Shown here one piece after another: positions 62,950 to 63,199 of a stretch of DNA of 63,199 bases. The first letter of the stretch is position 1; each line of letters begins with the position of its first letter. This DNA comes from Anaerolineae bacterium (GTDB taxonomy: Bacteria > Chloroflexota > Anaerolineae > Aggregatilineales > UBA3940): the NCBI GenBank assembly GCA_034430335.1, contig DAOUES010000059.1, positions 1-63,199 on the forward strand. Direction: 5' to 3'. The notes under the pieces were generated by a model. The model had not been told where the DNA came from, ran no database searches, and saw only the letters and a program-made list of their open reading frames with translations. The position numbers and the translations under genes were made by a program.

Positions 62950-63199
62950 TCTGTTGCAAAAAATATCAGGAGTAGATACGCTCCATCGCTTTGACTACTG
63001 TCCAGTGTAAAACAAAGCGACAAACATGGGAAATCCCTTCAAATGGCGGCATTACGAAGCATCGGTCATTCTATTGTGCGTGACGTGGTACTTGAGATAC
63101 GCCCTCAGTTATCGTGACCTGGCAGAAATGATGAGCGAGCGCGGATTGTTGATTGAACACACGACCATCTACCGCTGGGTACAGGACTATGCGCCCGAA
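62947..63199 (+). mobile_element. IS6-family insertion sequence (left end; continues past the window)
   Basis: Terminal repeat GGTTCTGTTGCAAA matches 12 of 14 positions of the IS26 IR GGCACTGTTGCAAA. The transposase start follows 65 nt downstream. Confidence 0.75.
63026..63199 (+). CDS. IS6-family transposase, N-terminal 58 codons (partial)
   Basis: MGNPFKWRHYEASVILLCVTWYLRYALSYRDLAEMMSERGLLIEHTTIYRWVQDYAPE parallels IS26 Tnp MNPFKGRHFQRDIILWAVRWYCKYGISYRELQEMLAERGVNVDHSTIYRWVQRYAPE. Confidence 0.85.
   Translation, partial: MGNPFKWRHYEASVILLCVTWYLRYALSYRDLAEMMSERGLLIEHTTIYRWVQDYAPE

Noticed and set aside
1-63199. CRISPR arrays, cas genes, prophage modules, retrons, toxin-antitoxin pairs
   Set aside because: I found no regularly spaced direct repeats, no reverse transcriptase and no phage structural, integrase or terminase signatures in any of the ORF translations. 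The only mobile DNA is the IS cluster at the right end.

Overview
GC-rich chromosomal segment. The domain repertoire (WD40, FHA, Hanks kinases, LCP, Thr/Pro-rich linkers, lipobox signals) suggests a Chloroflexota-like bacterium, but this is inference only. The window starts at the 3' end of an rRNA operon (5S rRNA, 50-166) and ends in an IS-scarred region holding an ISAzo13-type transposase remnant, a 34-aa leuB fragment and an IS6-family element. I call 46 CDS, one tRNA-Arg(CCU), several intrinsic terminators and a few promoter-like sites. Most genes are housekeeping: clpC, secA, add, pcm, ychF, trmD, ybaK, yjbQ, two glnA and amt. Six things deserve a second look. (1) A translationally coupled complex-I-like membrane arm (NuoJ-K-L-M-A-H homologs) is followed by a HycI-type hydrogenase protease, with no catalytic or peripheral subunit genes nearby. 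(2) In an amt-X-glnA-glnA nitrogen cluster, an uncharacterised 172-aa ORF sits where glnK normally is. A 20-nt motif lies exactly 22 nt upstream of TACAAT in both the amt and glnA-2 promoters. (3) A family of structured GC-hairpin repeats has a 172-nt multi-stem copy at 48704-48875 and two shorter copies bracketing an alaX-MBL gene pair. (4) A PspC / LiaF-like / Ser-Thr-kinase module has the free-standing and the kinase-linked ectodomains as paralogs. (5) A tandem deoxynucleoside-kinase pair has one copy fused to a MazG-like domain. (6) SecA is unusually long at 1369 aa. No CRISPR array, prophage, retron or DGR was recognisable. All calls come from reading the sequence and translations by eye, with no database searches.
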